Of a stretch of DNA of 64,000 nucleotides, positions 30,026 to 40,011 are shown in pieces (position 1 is the stretch's first letter; each line of letters opens with the position of its first letter). Below the pieces are notes generated by a model, which saw only the letters and a program-made list of their open reading frames with translations, was not told the origin of the DNA and made no database searches. A program made the translations under genes and the position numbers. Source of the stretch: an uncultured Spirochaetota bacterium (lineage in GTDB: Bacteria > Spirochaetota > UBA4802 > UBA5550); NCBI GenBank assembly GCA_963827275.1, contig CAWHAA010000010.1, forward strand, positions 32,001 through 96,000. The letters are read 5' to 3'.

Positions 30026-30057
30026 TCCACGGGTCCCGTCTTTTCTTGCGGCGAAGG

Positions 30058-30600
30058 CTACTGGTACGTCTCGGCCGCGTCGATTTCGATATCTATGTCC
30101 ATCCGGTCGGCCAGCTTCTCCAGCTCCTTTCGCAGGGAGGAGAGCTTTTCGCCGACCGGCACGTTGATGATGCACTTCATCCTGAATATCGGCGCGCCGC
30201 TCAGCGGCGCGTTGGTGACGCGCGTCTCCATCGATTCGATGTTGATGTTCCGCTTGTGCAATATCCGCGTGATTTCATGCACGATGCCCGGATGGTCCAT
30301 GCTGGTCGCGGAGAGGCGGTGCGGCATCGAAGGCACCACCATCCTTTCCCGCGGCGCGAGGGTTGGCTTGACCTGTATTGAAAGGCCGGTGCTCTTTTCC
30401 AGGGCCGGCAGGTCGCCCCGTATCCGCTCCGCCACGTCGGCATCGCCGGAGGCGAGCAGGATCACGGCGAACTCTCCCCCGAGGACCGCCATGCGGCTGT
30501 CTTCAATGTTTATCTTCGCCGCAGTCAGGAACGCGCTGATTTCATCGACCAGACCCGGTCGGTCATGGCCGATTGCGGTGAGGACTATATATGTGCTCAT
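30058..30600 (-). CDS. gcvR: Tandem ACT-domain protein, GcvR-like
   Basis: Two ACT repeats: GHDRPGLV...NIEDSRMAVLGGEF and SMDHPGIV...NIESM. Confidence 0.8.
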   Translation of the reverse strand: MSTYIVLTAIGHDRPGLVDEISAFLTAAKINIEDSRMAVLGGEFAVILLASGDADVAERIRGDLPALEKSTGLSIQVKPTLAPRERMVVPSMPHRLSATSMDHPGIVHEITRILHKRNINIESMETRVTNAPLSGAPIFRMKCIINVPVGEKLSSLRKELEKLADRMDIDIEIDAAETYQ

Positions 30601-30842
30601 TGTGCCGCCTTATATACAAATGCCGGATTTTCATCGGAAAAATCGATGCATCACACAATTAACGCTATAAATTACTTTTAAAAAAAACAAGTTAAAATTC
30701 TTATGTCGTATGATTTTTTTAAAAAACGCCCCCCGGACATCATCTCCCGACAAATTACTTTACAAATTTGATGCAACGGGTAGCATCTATCGGGATGAAC
30801 AACCGCACGTCCCGGGCATATTGATTGCGCGAGGTAATGATC

Positions 30843-32234
30843 ATGATTAACACTCCCCCAAAAGGGATGCTCACCCTTTCTCAGCTCAAGGAAAAAGCTG
30901 CGGCCGGAGAGATCGAAACCGTCATCGCCGCGTTCCCGGACCTGTATGGCCGCCTTTTCGGGAAAAGGATCGCCGTGGATTTTTTCCTGGACCAGGTGGC
31001 AGGCTCCGGGATGCACGCCTGCAATTACCTCTTCACCACCGACATGTCGATGGACCCTGTCCCCGGCTACCGGTACGCGAACTGGGACTCCGGGTACGGC
31101 GATTTTCACTGCGTGCCGGACATGCCGACCCTCAGGCATGCCTCCTGGCTCGACAGGACCGCCCTGGTCCTCTGCGACGCGCATGAAGAGCACTCCGGAT
31201 CGCCCACGCCGGTGGCGCCGCGTACGCTTCTAAAAAAACAGCTCGCGTCCGCTGCGGAAGCGGGGTTCCTTCCCGTCGGCGCGTCCGAGCTCGAGTACTA
31301 CATATTCAACGAAACCTACGAAAGCGCCCGCGCAAAGCAGTACCAGGGCCTCAAACACTTCGGGGCATACATAGAGGACTATCACATACTGCAGGGCACC
31401 CGCGAGGAGCCGCTCAACGCCGCGGTGAGAAAGCATCTCGCGGAGAGCGGTATCCCGGTCGAATTCAGCAAGGGGGAATGGGGGCCGGGCCAGCACGAGC
31501 TGAACATCCGCTATGCGGATGTGCTCTCCATGGCGGACAGCACCTGCCTGTACAAGCAGTGCTTCAAGGACATCGCGGGGAGCATGGGGCTTGCCGTCAC
31601 CTTCATGGCGAAATTCGACGAACGGCTCGCCGGATCAAGCTGCCACATGCACCTGAGCCTGTGGGACCCGGCAGGAAAGAAGAACCTTTTTTCCGGCAAC
31701 GAAAAGACCGGGCCGGTGATGGGATCCATGCAGTTCCGCTGGTTCCTGGGCGGATGGATCAGGCACGCGCCGGAGCTGATGCCGTTTTACGCCCCGACGG
31801 TCAACTCGTACAAGCGCTACCAGTCCGGGTCATGGGCGCCGACCGCGCTCGCGTGGAGCTACGACAACAGGACCGCGGGCTTCAGGATCGTCGGAACGGG
31901 AGAATCGCTCCGCATAGAGACGCGCATACCCGGCGCGGACATCAACCCCTACCTCGCCTATGCGGCGGCGATCGCCTCCGGCCTCGACGGCATCCGCAAA
32001 AGGATCGACCCGCCTGACGTTTTTGAAGGCGACATGTACTCCGCGAAAACGCTGCCGCGCGTACCCGCAACGCTGCGCGACGCGGTTGACGCCCTGGAGC
32101 AGAGCGCCTTCGCGCGAGACGCCTTCGGCGCCGACGTGATCGGGCATTATTGCCATTTTTTCAGGACCGAGCAGCGGGGGTATGACCGTGCGGTCACGGA
32201 CTGGGAGCGGGCGCGTTATTTCGAGCAGATCTGA
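30843..32234 (+). CDS. glnA4: Glutamine synthetase-like gamma-glutamyl-amine ligase (GlnA4 type)
   Basis: GRLFGKR, DPVPGYRYANWDSGYGD, SELEY, SKGEWGPGQHE, GSSCHMHLS, NSYKRY, DNRT, IETRIPGADINPY; resembles recalled actinobacterial GlnA4 rather than GSI. Confidence 0.82.
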   Translation: MINTPPKGMLTLSQLKEKAAAGEIETVIAAFPDLYGRLFGKRIAVDFFLDQVAGSGMHACNYLFTTDMSMDPVPGYRYANWDSGYGDFHCVPDMPTLRHASWLDRTALVLCDAHEEHSGSPTPVAPRTLLKKQLASAAEAGFLPVGASELEYYIFNETYESARAKQYQGLKHFGAYIEDYHILQGTREEPLNAAVRKHLAESGIPVEFSKGEWGPGQHELNIRYADVLSMADSTCLYKQCFKDIAGSMGLAVTFMAKFDERLAGSSCHMHLSLWDPAGKKNLFSGNEKTGPVMGSMQFRWFLGGWIRHAPELMPFYAPTVNSYKRYQSGSWAPTALAWSYDNRTAGFRIVGTGESLRIETRIPGADINPYLAYAAAIASGLDGIRKRIDPPDVFEGDMYSAKTLPRVPATLRDAVDALEQSAFARDAFGADVIGHYCHFFRTEQRGYDRAVTDWERARYFEQI

Positions 32235-32258
32235 GCCCGCCAGCCGGGCCGGCGGGCT
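32234..32258. terminator. Hairpin between convergent glnA4-like and PilZ genes
   Basis: AGCCCGCC-N9-GGCGGGCT. Confidence 0.4.
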
Positions 32259-32613
32259 ACTGTCTGGCGAGGGTGATATAGTAATTCAGCGCGTTCCTGT
32301 CATCCGGGGAGAGTTCCATGAAATTTATCGCGACCCGGTACGACCGGTCGCCCTCATCTTCGACGCGGACGACCCTGCCCGCTCCCCTGAAAAAATCAAA
32401 GGTGTTCGGCTTCATGAAGGTGACGCTGACTGTTTCGCCCGCGTCGAGCTTCCTCCCGGTGCTGACCAGCAGGCCGCTCCCGCTGACATTGACCGCCTTC
32501 GATGTGCCGAGCTCGATAACTTCCCCGCCCGACGCACCGCCTTCCCTGACCAGCCTGACGTTGAACTCATCATTGACCCTGACATAGTCCCTCTTGCCAT
32601 CGCCGTCAGTCAT
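32257..32613 (-). CDS. Single-domain PilZ protein (c-di-GMP receptor)
   Basis: RDYVR (RxxxR) and NVSGSG (D/NxSxxG) motifs intact. Confidence 0.88.
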   Translation of the reverse strand: MTDGDGKRDYVRVNDEFNVRLVREGGASGGEVIELGTSKAVNVSGSGLLVSTGRKLDAGETVSVTFMKPNTFDFFRGAGRVVRVEDEGDRSYRVAINFMELSPDDRNALNYYITLARQ

Positions 32614-33085
32614 TGCGGACCTCCTGCTGGTTTCTGTAAACGGTAACCGGGAACCGCATCTCGCCCGCCTGCGTCTTCATGAATAACGTCCCCGCAAGCC
32701 GGTAGCGAATGACGCCCGTATCCTTCATCGCGCCGGGGAGCGACATGCCGAGGGTAGCATAGGGCATTGAAACCGACGCGTCAACAGTTTTCAAGCCGGC
32801 CGGCGGTATTTTTACTTCGTTGATGCGGACATTGATGGTCTTCCTGTCTTCTATATAAAAATAAAGGTCCATCCTGTCAATTATGACCTCTTTAGGATTG
32901 GGATTTGATATGGCGATGGTCAGCCCGATCGTCATATCGGAAAGCGACAGGTCACGGATCTCCACCTTCTCAAGCGAGAACACGCATCGCTTCGCCAGCT
33001 TCCTCTGCTCAATAGCGTCGCAGCCGGCGACGCATGCAGCCATCAGCATGACTGCAAGCAGGCCTCCTGATGAAATTTTTTTCAT
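32606..33085 (-). CDS. LEA type 2/WHy domain lipoprotein
   Basis: Lipobox-like VAGC after a hydrophobic stretch; ISNPNP motif; start MKKIS at 33085. Confidence 0.8.
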   Translation of the reverse strand: MKKISSGGLLAVMLMAACVAGCDAIEQRKLAKRCVFSLEKVEIRDLSLSDMTIGLTIAISNPNPKEVIIDRMDLYFYIEDRKTINVRINEVKIPPAGLKTVDASVSMPYATLGMSLPGAMKDTGVIRYRLAGTLFMKTQAGEMRFPVTVYRNQQEVRND

Positions 33086-33174
33086 ATTATGATCCCCGGC
33101 ACGTGAATAATGGTTACCAGAAAAACCACGACCGCCTGACGACGCCATTTTGAATATTTAAAGGAGATATAACA

Positions 33175-33200
33175 AAAACGGATGCCGTGGCATCCGTTTT
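33175..33200 (-). terminator. Intrinsic terminator (possibly bidirectional)
   Basis: AAAACGGATGCC-GT-GGCATCCGTTTT perfect inverted repeat with T/A tails, downstream of the 64-aa gene. Confidence 0.75.
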
Positions 33201-33219
33201 GTCCGAGTAGTCATCAGGG

Positions 33220-33414
33220 CTATGCTTTCCTGTCGAGATTATACCCTTTCTTCGCCTCTTTAAAGCTTTTCATCATGCTTGACTGGGTCAAATCCGCTTT
33301 CAATAATTCATCTTTCGGCCTGATAATGTCCTGCGCTTTTTTTCTTACCATATCCGTCGGTTTATGAAGCGCAATGTTCTGGGTGACCTTGTTGGTGATG
33401 TTCGATGCCGCCAT
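33220..33414 (-). CDS. Small protein, possibly YjfB 'putative motility protein'-like
   Basis: Strong RBS AAGGGAGG, own promoter and terminator; MVRKKAQD and C-terminal KGYNLDRKA resemble the recalled YjfB pattern. Confidence 0.6.
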   Translation of the reverse strand: MAASNITNKVTQNIALHKPTDMVRKKAQDIIRPKDELLKADLTQSSMMKSFKEAKKGYNLDRKA

Positions 33415-33471
33415 ATATACCTCCCTTTATATAGCAAAACAACTACTGCCGGGATGCCCAATCCCGGTATT

Positions 33472-33500
33472 AATCTAACGATACGGGCAGTAATATTCAA
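33472..33500 (-). promoter_or_regulatory. Candidate sigma70 promoter TTGAAT-N17-TAGATT for the 64-aa gene
   Basis: -35 at 33500-33495 and -10 at 33477-33472; 5'UTR hairpin CCGGGAT-N5-ATCCCGG. Confidence 0.5.
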
Positions 33501-33555
33501 GAAAAAAATCGTTGACCCTGAATAATTCTGCCTGCGTAGTCTACTGGAGACCAAT

Positions 33556-34899
33556 ATGAGCAGTTCGAGGATGCGCGTGTTAAAGACATTCCACATAGAG
33601 ACCTTCGGGTGCCAGATGAATAAAAATGACTCCGAGCTCATGGCATATTCACTCCGGGAGCACGGTTTCATGCCCTCAGAAGGCCCCGGCGACGCCGATA
33701 TAGCGGTCTTCAACACCTGTTCGGTCCGGGACCACGCGGAAAACAGGGTCATATCACGTATCCGCTCGCACCGCAAAACCATCCGTGACCGGGGCGGCAT
33801 CATCGTGGTGGCGGGATGCATGGCCCAGCGGATCGGCATGGAGCTGACCGCCGACGGCACCGCGGACATGGCGATCGGGCCCTACCAGTCGCCCGATATC
33901 GGCAGGCTGGTGGCCCTGCACCTGGCGGACCGCGGCCGCCGTCTCTTTCTCTCACAGGAGGAGGCCGACTTTTCCGACAGGATCAATCCGGGCCTTGCCC
34001 GTACCGACGGGTTCCCGGAATGGCACCGGTGGGTGACAATTACGCATGGGTGCGAAAACTACTGCTCCTACTGCATCGTGCCCTTCGTGCGCGGAAAGCT
34101 TATCTCCTTCCCCTCGGGACGGATCCTCGACTATATCCGTCTCCTCGCGGGAACCGGCGCCAGGGAGATCACCCTCCTCGGCCAGAACGTGAACCAGTAC
34201 GGGACGGACAGCGGCGACGTCCCGTTTTACAGGCTCCTCGAGTCGGCGGCCCTCGTCCCCGGCATCGAGCGGGTCAACTTCATCACGTCGCACCCGAAAG
34301 ACTTCACCGGGGACATTCTCCGCGTCATAGGCGACCACCCGAACATCTCGCGGTCAATACACCTCCCCCTGCAGAGCGGTTCAGACAGGATCCTCGCACG
34401 CATGAACCGGGGGTACACCATGAAGGACTACCTGGCCATCATCGACTCGATGGCGGCGCTCCTTCCCGACCATGCCGTATCGACGGACCTCATCGTCGGG
34501 TTCCCCGGCGAGAGCGGGGACGAGTTCAACGACACCCTGAAGGCAGTGGAAACGATACGGTTCGATGACGCTTTCACCTACGCCTACTCGCCCCGGGAAG
34601 GGACGCCCGCCTTCCCGCTCGCGGAGACGCTTTCGCGCGATGAAAAGATCGCCCGGCTCGAGCGTCTGATCGCCCTCCAGCGGGGCATCTCCCGCCAGAA
34701 GCTCCGCAACCGCATTGACCGCGAGGAGGAGACGATCATCGAGGGATTCAGCAAAAAATCCGCCGACAGCGTCATGGGACGCACGTACCTGAACCACAAC
34801 GTGGTGCTGCCCGGCTCGCGCGAGGACATCGGCAAAAAGATCAGGATAAAGATCAGCGGCGTTTCGGGCGCGACCCTGCGGGGGACGCGAATTGCGTAG
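33556..34899 (+). CDS. miaB: tRNA-2-methylthio-N6-dimethylallyladenosine synthase
   Basis: TFGCQMN, FNTCSVR, AGCMAQ, GCENYCSYC, LLGQNVN, QSGS, IVGFPGE, YSPREGT, TRAM domain. Confidence 0.95.
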   Translation: MSSSRMRVLKTFHIETFGCQMNKNDSELMAYSLREHGFMPSEGPGDADIAVFNTCSVRDHAENRVISRIRSHRKTIRDRGGIIVVAGCMAQRIGMELTADGTADMAIGPYQSPDIGRLVALHLADRGRRLFLSQEEADFSDRINPGLARTDGFPEWHRWVTITHGCENYCSYCIVPFVRGKLISFPSGRILDYIRLLAGTGAREITLLGQNVNQYGTDSGDVPFYRLLESAALVPGIERVNFITSHPKDFTGDILRVIGDHPNISRSIHLPLQSGSDRILARMNRGYTMKDYLAIIDSMAALLPDHAVSTDLIVGFPGESGDEFNDTLKAVETIRFDDAFTYAYSPREGTPAFPLAETLSRDEKIARLERLIALQRGISRQKLRNRIDREEETIIEGFSKKSADSVMGRTYLNHNVVLPGSREDIGKKIRIKISGVSGATLRGTRIA

Positions 34900-36040
34900 C
34901 GCCGCCATCATACCCCTGGCGCTCCTTCTCGCCGCCATCGCCGCCCCGGGCCCTGCCGCCGCTCCCGCTGCGGACGCCCGGAAGACCGAGCAGCAGTACC
35001 TGGGCGCGGTGCGCGAGCACGCGAAGCGGCGGGACGCGGACGCCGCGGGAAAAGAGGCCGCCGAATTCTTCAGGCACTATCCCGAAAGCCCCCTCATCCC
35101 CGACGTGCGCCTCGAGCTCGCGGAGGCGGAGGACTCTCCCGATGAGTCTATCGCCAGATACCGCGTCATTGTTGACAAGTACCGCTATTATAAAAAGCGT
35201 GATTACGCGCTGCTCCGCATATGCGAGATCGAGTATCTCCTTGCGCGGTGGAAAGAGCTGGTCAACGACGCCCGCGCCGGCATCGGCCTTGCCGCACCGG
35301 GCCGCGCGTCCGGGTTCCGGTTCTACCTCGTCATCTCCCTTGTCCAGCTCGGGGAGTACGAAACGGCGGAGAAGGAATGCAGGGCGCTCATCGACGCGGA
35401 CCATGACTACAACAACATGGCGCGGTCGCTCCTTATCCTCGCCCATATCCACCGGAACACCACCGGCCTGTCCCGCGAGTACATCGATACGATCCGCGAG
35501 CTGGCCGCCGGCTACGACAGGTCGGACGCGCTCCCCGCGACCCTCTACCTGCTGGGAGAGTTCTACGAAAGGAAGGGAATGTACAATGAAGCATTTTCCG
35601 CCTATTCCGACCTCTCCGGGAGGTTCCCCGGCTCGCCGGAGGCCGCCATGGCGCTAAAGCGCACCGGCGCCATCATGGAACACTCCCCGCGCCGCGTGCC
35701 GTACCTGCCGGACAGGAACATTCTTGAAAACGCGGAAACAATAGACATCCATCCGGAAGCCGACGTTCCCGATGAGACCGGGGACGGCTCGTTTTACTCG
35801 ATCGCCGTGGGGCCGTTCCCGACCGCAGCACGCGCGAACGGGATCAGGGCCCTGCTCAAAAATTTCGGCTTCATGAAAACTGTCCGGCTGAAAAACGGCT
35901 ACTCCCTGTACGTGGGCAGGGGCCCGGACGAAGGATCCGCGATGAAGGTGAAGATGCGGCTCGCGGAGGAATACGGCATAAACGGCCGCATCGTGCGCAT
36001 ATCCGGCGACGGGCAGCGCTCCTACATTTACGGGGAATGA
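34892..36040 (+). CDS. Exported TPR-repeat protein with C-terminal SPOR-like domain
   Basis: Signal peptide, TPR/YfiO-like helices ([20 protein letters not shown]), C-terminal YSIAVGPF...YSLYVG. Confidence 0.7.
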   Translation: MRSAAIIPLALLLAAIAAPGPAAAPAADARKTEQQYLGAVREHAKRRDADAAGKEAAEFFRHYPESPLIPDVRLELAEAEDSPDESIARYRVIVDKYRYYKKRDYALLRICEIEYLLARWKELVNDARAGIGLAAPGRASGFRFYLVISLVQLGEYETAEKECRALIDADHDYNNMARSLLILAHIHRNTTGLSREYIDTIRELAAGYDRSDALPATLYLLGEFYERKGMYNEAFSAYSDLSGRFPGSPEAAMALKRTGAIMEHSPRRVPYLPDRNILENAETIDIHPEADVPDETGDGSFYSIAVGPFPTAARANGIRALLKNFGFMKTVRLKNGYSLYVGRGPDEGSAMKVKMRLAEEYGINGRIVRISGDGQRSYIYGE

Positions 36041-38621
36041 GCATGGACACGAAGATCACGCCGGCGATGAAGCAGTACCTGGACATGAAAAAGCAGTACC
36101 CCGAAGAGGTGCTCTTCTTCCGCATGGGTGATTTCTACGAGATGTTCTTCGAGGACGCGCATATCGCCTCGAAAATCCTGGATATCGCCCTCACCTCCCG
36201 CCAGAACGACATCCCCATGTGCGGTATCCCGTACCACGCGGCCGAAAGCTACATCGCCCGCCTGATCAGGGCCGGGAAGCGGGTGGCGATCTGCGAGCAG
36301 ATGGAGACGGCGCCCTCCACCGGGCCGGTCGTGCGGCGCGAGGTCGTCAGGATCATCACGCCGGGCACGGTCGTCGAGCAGAACCTGATCCAGTCGGACG
36401 AAAACAACTTCCTCGCCTCGGTCATCATCGACGCGAAGCAGATCGGGCTCGCCTTTGTCGACATCTCCACCGGCGACTTCTTCCTCTCGTCGATCGACAA
36501 ATCGCCCGAGGTCTTCCGCGGCGAGATCGTCAAGTTCAACCCGCGCGAGGCCGTTGTCTACGAGGGCGGTTCGCCCGACAGCGGCGCCTATTCCGAGTAC
36601 CTCCGGATGCGCGACATTCCCATCTACCGCATCAACGAATGGCTCTACGACGCCGAATTCATGACCGGCATCATTGCCGAGACCTTCGGGATCGCCGGCA
36701 CGAGGGGGCTGGGGATCACCTCGGACCTCGACATCATGACCGCCGGATCGATCCTCCAGTACCTGAAAGAGACGCACAAGAAGACCATCAGCCATCTCAA
36801 GTTCCCGCGCAAGGTCGTGTCCGGCGACATCATGACCCTTGACGACGCCACCATCTCGAACCTCGAAATCGTGAGGAACATCCAGGACGGGTCCAGGAGC
36901 CGCACCCTCTTTCAGGTGCTCGATTACACCGGCACCGCGATGGGCAGGCGCTCGCTCGAGCGCAACCTGCTCCAGCCCCTCCTCGACGCCGACGCGATCG
37001 AGAAGCGCCTCGACGCGGTGCAGTATTTCCATGAATTTCACGACCTGGCCCGGCAGGTGCTCGGCGTTCTGAAGGAGATACACGACATCGAGCGCCTCCT
37101 CTCCCGCTTCATCATCGGAAGGACCTTCCCGCGCAATTTCATCGCCCTCATGAATTCCATCCGGGCCGCCATGAAGGTGCGCGCCCTTCTCGCCGGGCAG
37201 CCGCATGACCGCATCCGGGAGCTCGCCGGCCGTATCCCCGACACGGCCGCCCTCGCCGACACGATCAGGGCCGCGGTGGAGGACGAGCCCGCCCTGTCGC
37301 CGGAGCACGGCAGGGTCATCCGCCAGGGCTTCAACGCGGAGCTGGACCGGATCTACGAGCTGAAGACAAACGCGAAAAACTGGATCATCGAGTACCAGGA
37401 GGAGGAGAAAAAAAAGCTCGGCATCTCCACCCTCAGGATACGCTACAACAAGATCCTCGGCTACTACATAGAAGTGAGCAAGGGCCAGGCGGCGGGGATA
37501 CCGGAATCGTATTACCGGAAGCAGACCCTGGTGGGGTCAGAGCGGTATACCACGGAGAAGCTCCAGAATTTCGAATCGGAGATACTTTCCGCCTCTGAAA
37601 CGATCGTGAAGATCGAGAACGGGGAGATCGACCGCCTGCTGAAAGCAGGTCCTTGCCGCACGGAATGACCTCCAGGCCATGGCCGAAACGATCGGCGAGG
37701 TGGATTTTTACTGTTCCCTGGCGTTTGCCGCAGTTGAAAACCGCTTCATCAGGCCCGCCTTCAATACCGAGAACAGGACGCATATAAGGGAAGGCCGTCA
37801 CCCGGTGGTGGAAAAATACTACACCCGCGAGGTGTTCATCCCCAACGACATCAACCTGGACGGCGACGAGAACATCATCAAGATCATCACCGGCCCCAAC
37901 ATGTCGGGAAAATCGACCTATATCAGGATGGCCGCGATCATACAGCTCATGGCCCAGGTCGGCTCGTTCGTGCCGGCCCGGGAGGCCGACCCTTTCCATC
38001 GCCGACCGCATCTTCACCAGGATCGGGGCTTCGGACAACATATCGCGCGGTGAATCGACCTTCCTGGTCGAGATGAACGAAACCGCGGGGATCCTGAATA
38101 ACGCGACCGCCCGGAGCCTCATCATCATGGACGAGATCGGCAGGGGCACCAGCACCTATGACGGGCTGTCGATCGCCTGGGCGGTGGTGGAATACATCGC
38201 GCGATATCTGAAGGCCAGGACCCTCTTCGCCACCCACTACCACGAGCTCACCCAGCTGGGCGGCAGGAAGGGGATCGTCAACTACACCGTGCTGGTCAAG
38301 GAGCGCCTGAACGGCGTCGACTTCCTTCACAAGGTGGTGCGCGGCGCTGCCGACAAATCCTACGGCATCCATGTGGCCAACCTCGCCGGCATCCCCAAGC
38401 CCATTATCAGCAAGGCGGAGCAGATACTGCAAAAGCTGGAAAAGGGCGGGAAAAGCATGAAAGCAACCGACCCTGACGATCCCGCCGGGTCAGAGCAGCT
38501 CGAGATATTCAATGCCTCAAACCACCTGGTCGTCCAGGCGATACGCAACATCGATTGCGACGCCATCACGCCCCTGGAGGCCCTGAACGAGCTGAACAGG
38601 CTGAAAAAGCTGATCGAATAG
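36037..38621 (+). CDS. mutS: DNA mismatch repair protein MutS, split by two +1 indels (37642-37644, 37990-37992)
   Basis: [70 protein letters not shown]; removing two bases restores ~860 aa. Confidence 0.93.
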
Positions 38622-38792
38622 CGAGCATCGTTCCCGGAGCCGTGAACTTAATTCCCCGGCCGGGCATAAAAAGATAGAAATTACTTGATTTTTTGCCGAT
38701 TTAATGGTTAGTGCTACTTATGAGTTCAGACGCCGTACGGCGCCCGATAGCGTCGTACAGGAATTTAATTATCGCAATATCCAAGAGGAACA

Positions 38793-40011
38793 ATGGCTGA
38801 CACTCAGTTTAAAGTTGAGAATTACCTCGCGAATTCCTTTATCATTGTCGAAGGCAAGAAGGACGCAAATAATTTCTATATTATCCTGAAGGGAAAAGTC
38901 AAGGTCACGAAGGAAAACCCGGTCATAGCCTCTGAGCCCTATTCGGTGCTCGGCCCCGGGGACTTTTTCGGCGTTGTTTCCTGCATGAGCGGCCATACCA
39001 GGATCGAATCCGCCGTCGCGCTCGAAAACGTATCACTCATATCCGTTGACCGCGAAAAGTTCGGCCTCCTCATCCAGAAAAACCCCGGCGTCGCCATGAA
39101 GATCATCCGGTTCTTCAGCCGCCAGCTCAGGGAGTTCGACCAGGCGATCACCAACCTGACGTTCAAGAATGTTGCGTCGGAAGACCCCTCGCACCTCTTC
39201 AACATCGGCGAATACTATGTCAAAAAACGCATCTTCAACCACGCCACCTACGCGTTCCAGAAATATCTTCAGTACCGTCCCGACGGGCGATAACCGCGAC
39301 AGCGCGATACAGCGCCTCCAGTCCCTCAAGGCCCCGCTGAAATCGCCCTCGGTCCAGCAGGGAGGCATGAACCGCAGGTACAGGGACAACACGATGATCT
39401 TCTGCGAATACGAACCGGGCGAAGAGCTGTTCATCATACAGTCGGGCAAGGTCAAGATCACCAAAATCGTGAACGAGGAAGTGCTCCTGGCGGTCCTCAA
39501 GGCGGGCGACATCTTCGGCGAGATGGCAATCCTTGACAACAAGCCCCGGAGCGCCTCGGCCATAACCTTCGGCGACGTGGAGGTCATGGCGATCAACAAG
39601 TCAAACTTCGAGGGGATGGTGCAGTCCCAGCCGCAGCTTGCAACCCGGCTGATACAGCTCCTGAGCGAACGCATCTGGACCGCCTACCGCCAGCTCGAAA
39701 ACCTCATTATCCGCGACCCCATGGGCAGGATATACGACACGCTTCTTATCCAGATAGAAAAGCAAAAGATCAAGATCGACGCGAAGCAGTCGCACAATTT
39801 CGAATTCGGAACGAAGGAGCTCATCAACATGGTAGGTCTCACGCCTGAAAAGGGCGACATGTACGTGGTCCAGCTGCTGGAGGACAAGCATTTCCTCCTC
39901 GAGGAGGGAAAGATAATCTGCACCGACATCCTCGAGCTTGAGAAAACCGTACAATTTTACAGGAAGAAAACCGCCATGGAAAGGAAACGTGAAGCCAGCA
40001 AAAATATTTAA
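38793..40011 (+). CDS. Crp/Fnr-like protein with two cNMP-binding domains and a central TPR-like segment; one +1 indel at 39285-39287
   Basis: GDFFGVVS...RIESA and GDIFGEMA...PRSASA cNMP pockets; SHLFNIGEYY...AFQKYLQYRPDG TPR; removing one G fuses both ORFs into ~405 aa. Confidence 0.85.

Noticed and set aside
30601..30842. Glycine riboswitch or GlnR box between gcv and glnA4
   Set aside because: No aptamer core and no TGTNA-N7-TNACA match seen by eye; an Rfam scan would be decisive.
30843..32234. Calling this gene the housekeeping glutamine synthetase glnA
   Set aside because: N-terminal motifs match GlnA4/PuuA-like gamma-glutamyl ligases rather than GSI.
37642..37992. Programmed ribosomal frameshifting in mutS
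   Set aside because: No slippery heptamer or stimulatory structure; same one-base pattern in unrelated genes.
38675..38702. Sigma28-like promoter (TAGA-N16-GCCGATTT) upstream of crp
   Set aside because: Both boxes deviate from TAAA and GCCGATAA; too weak.
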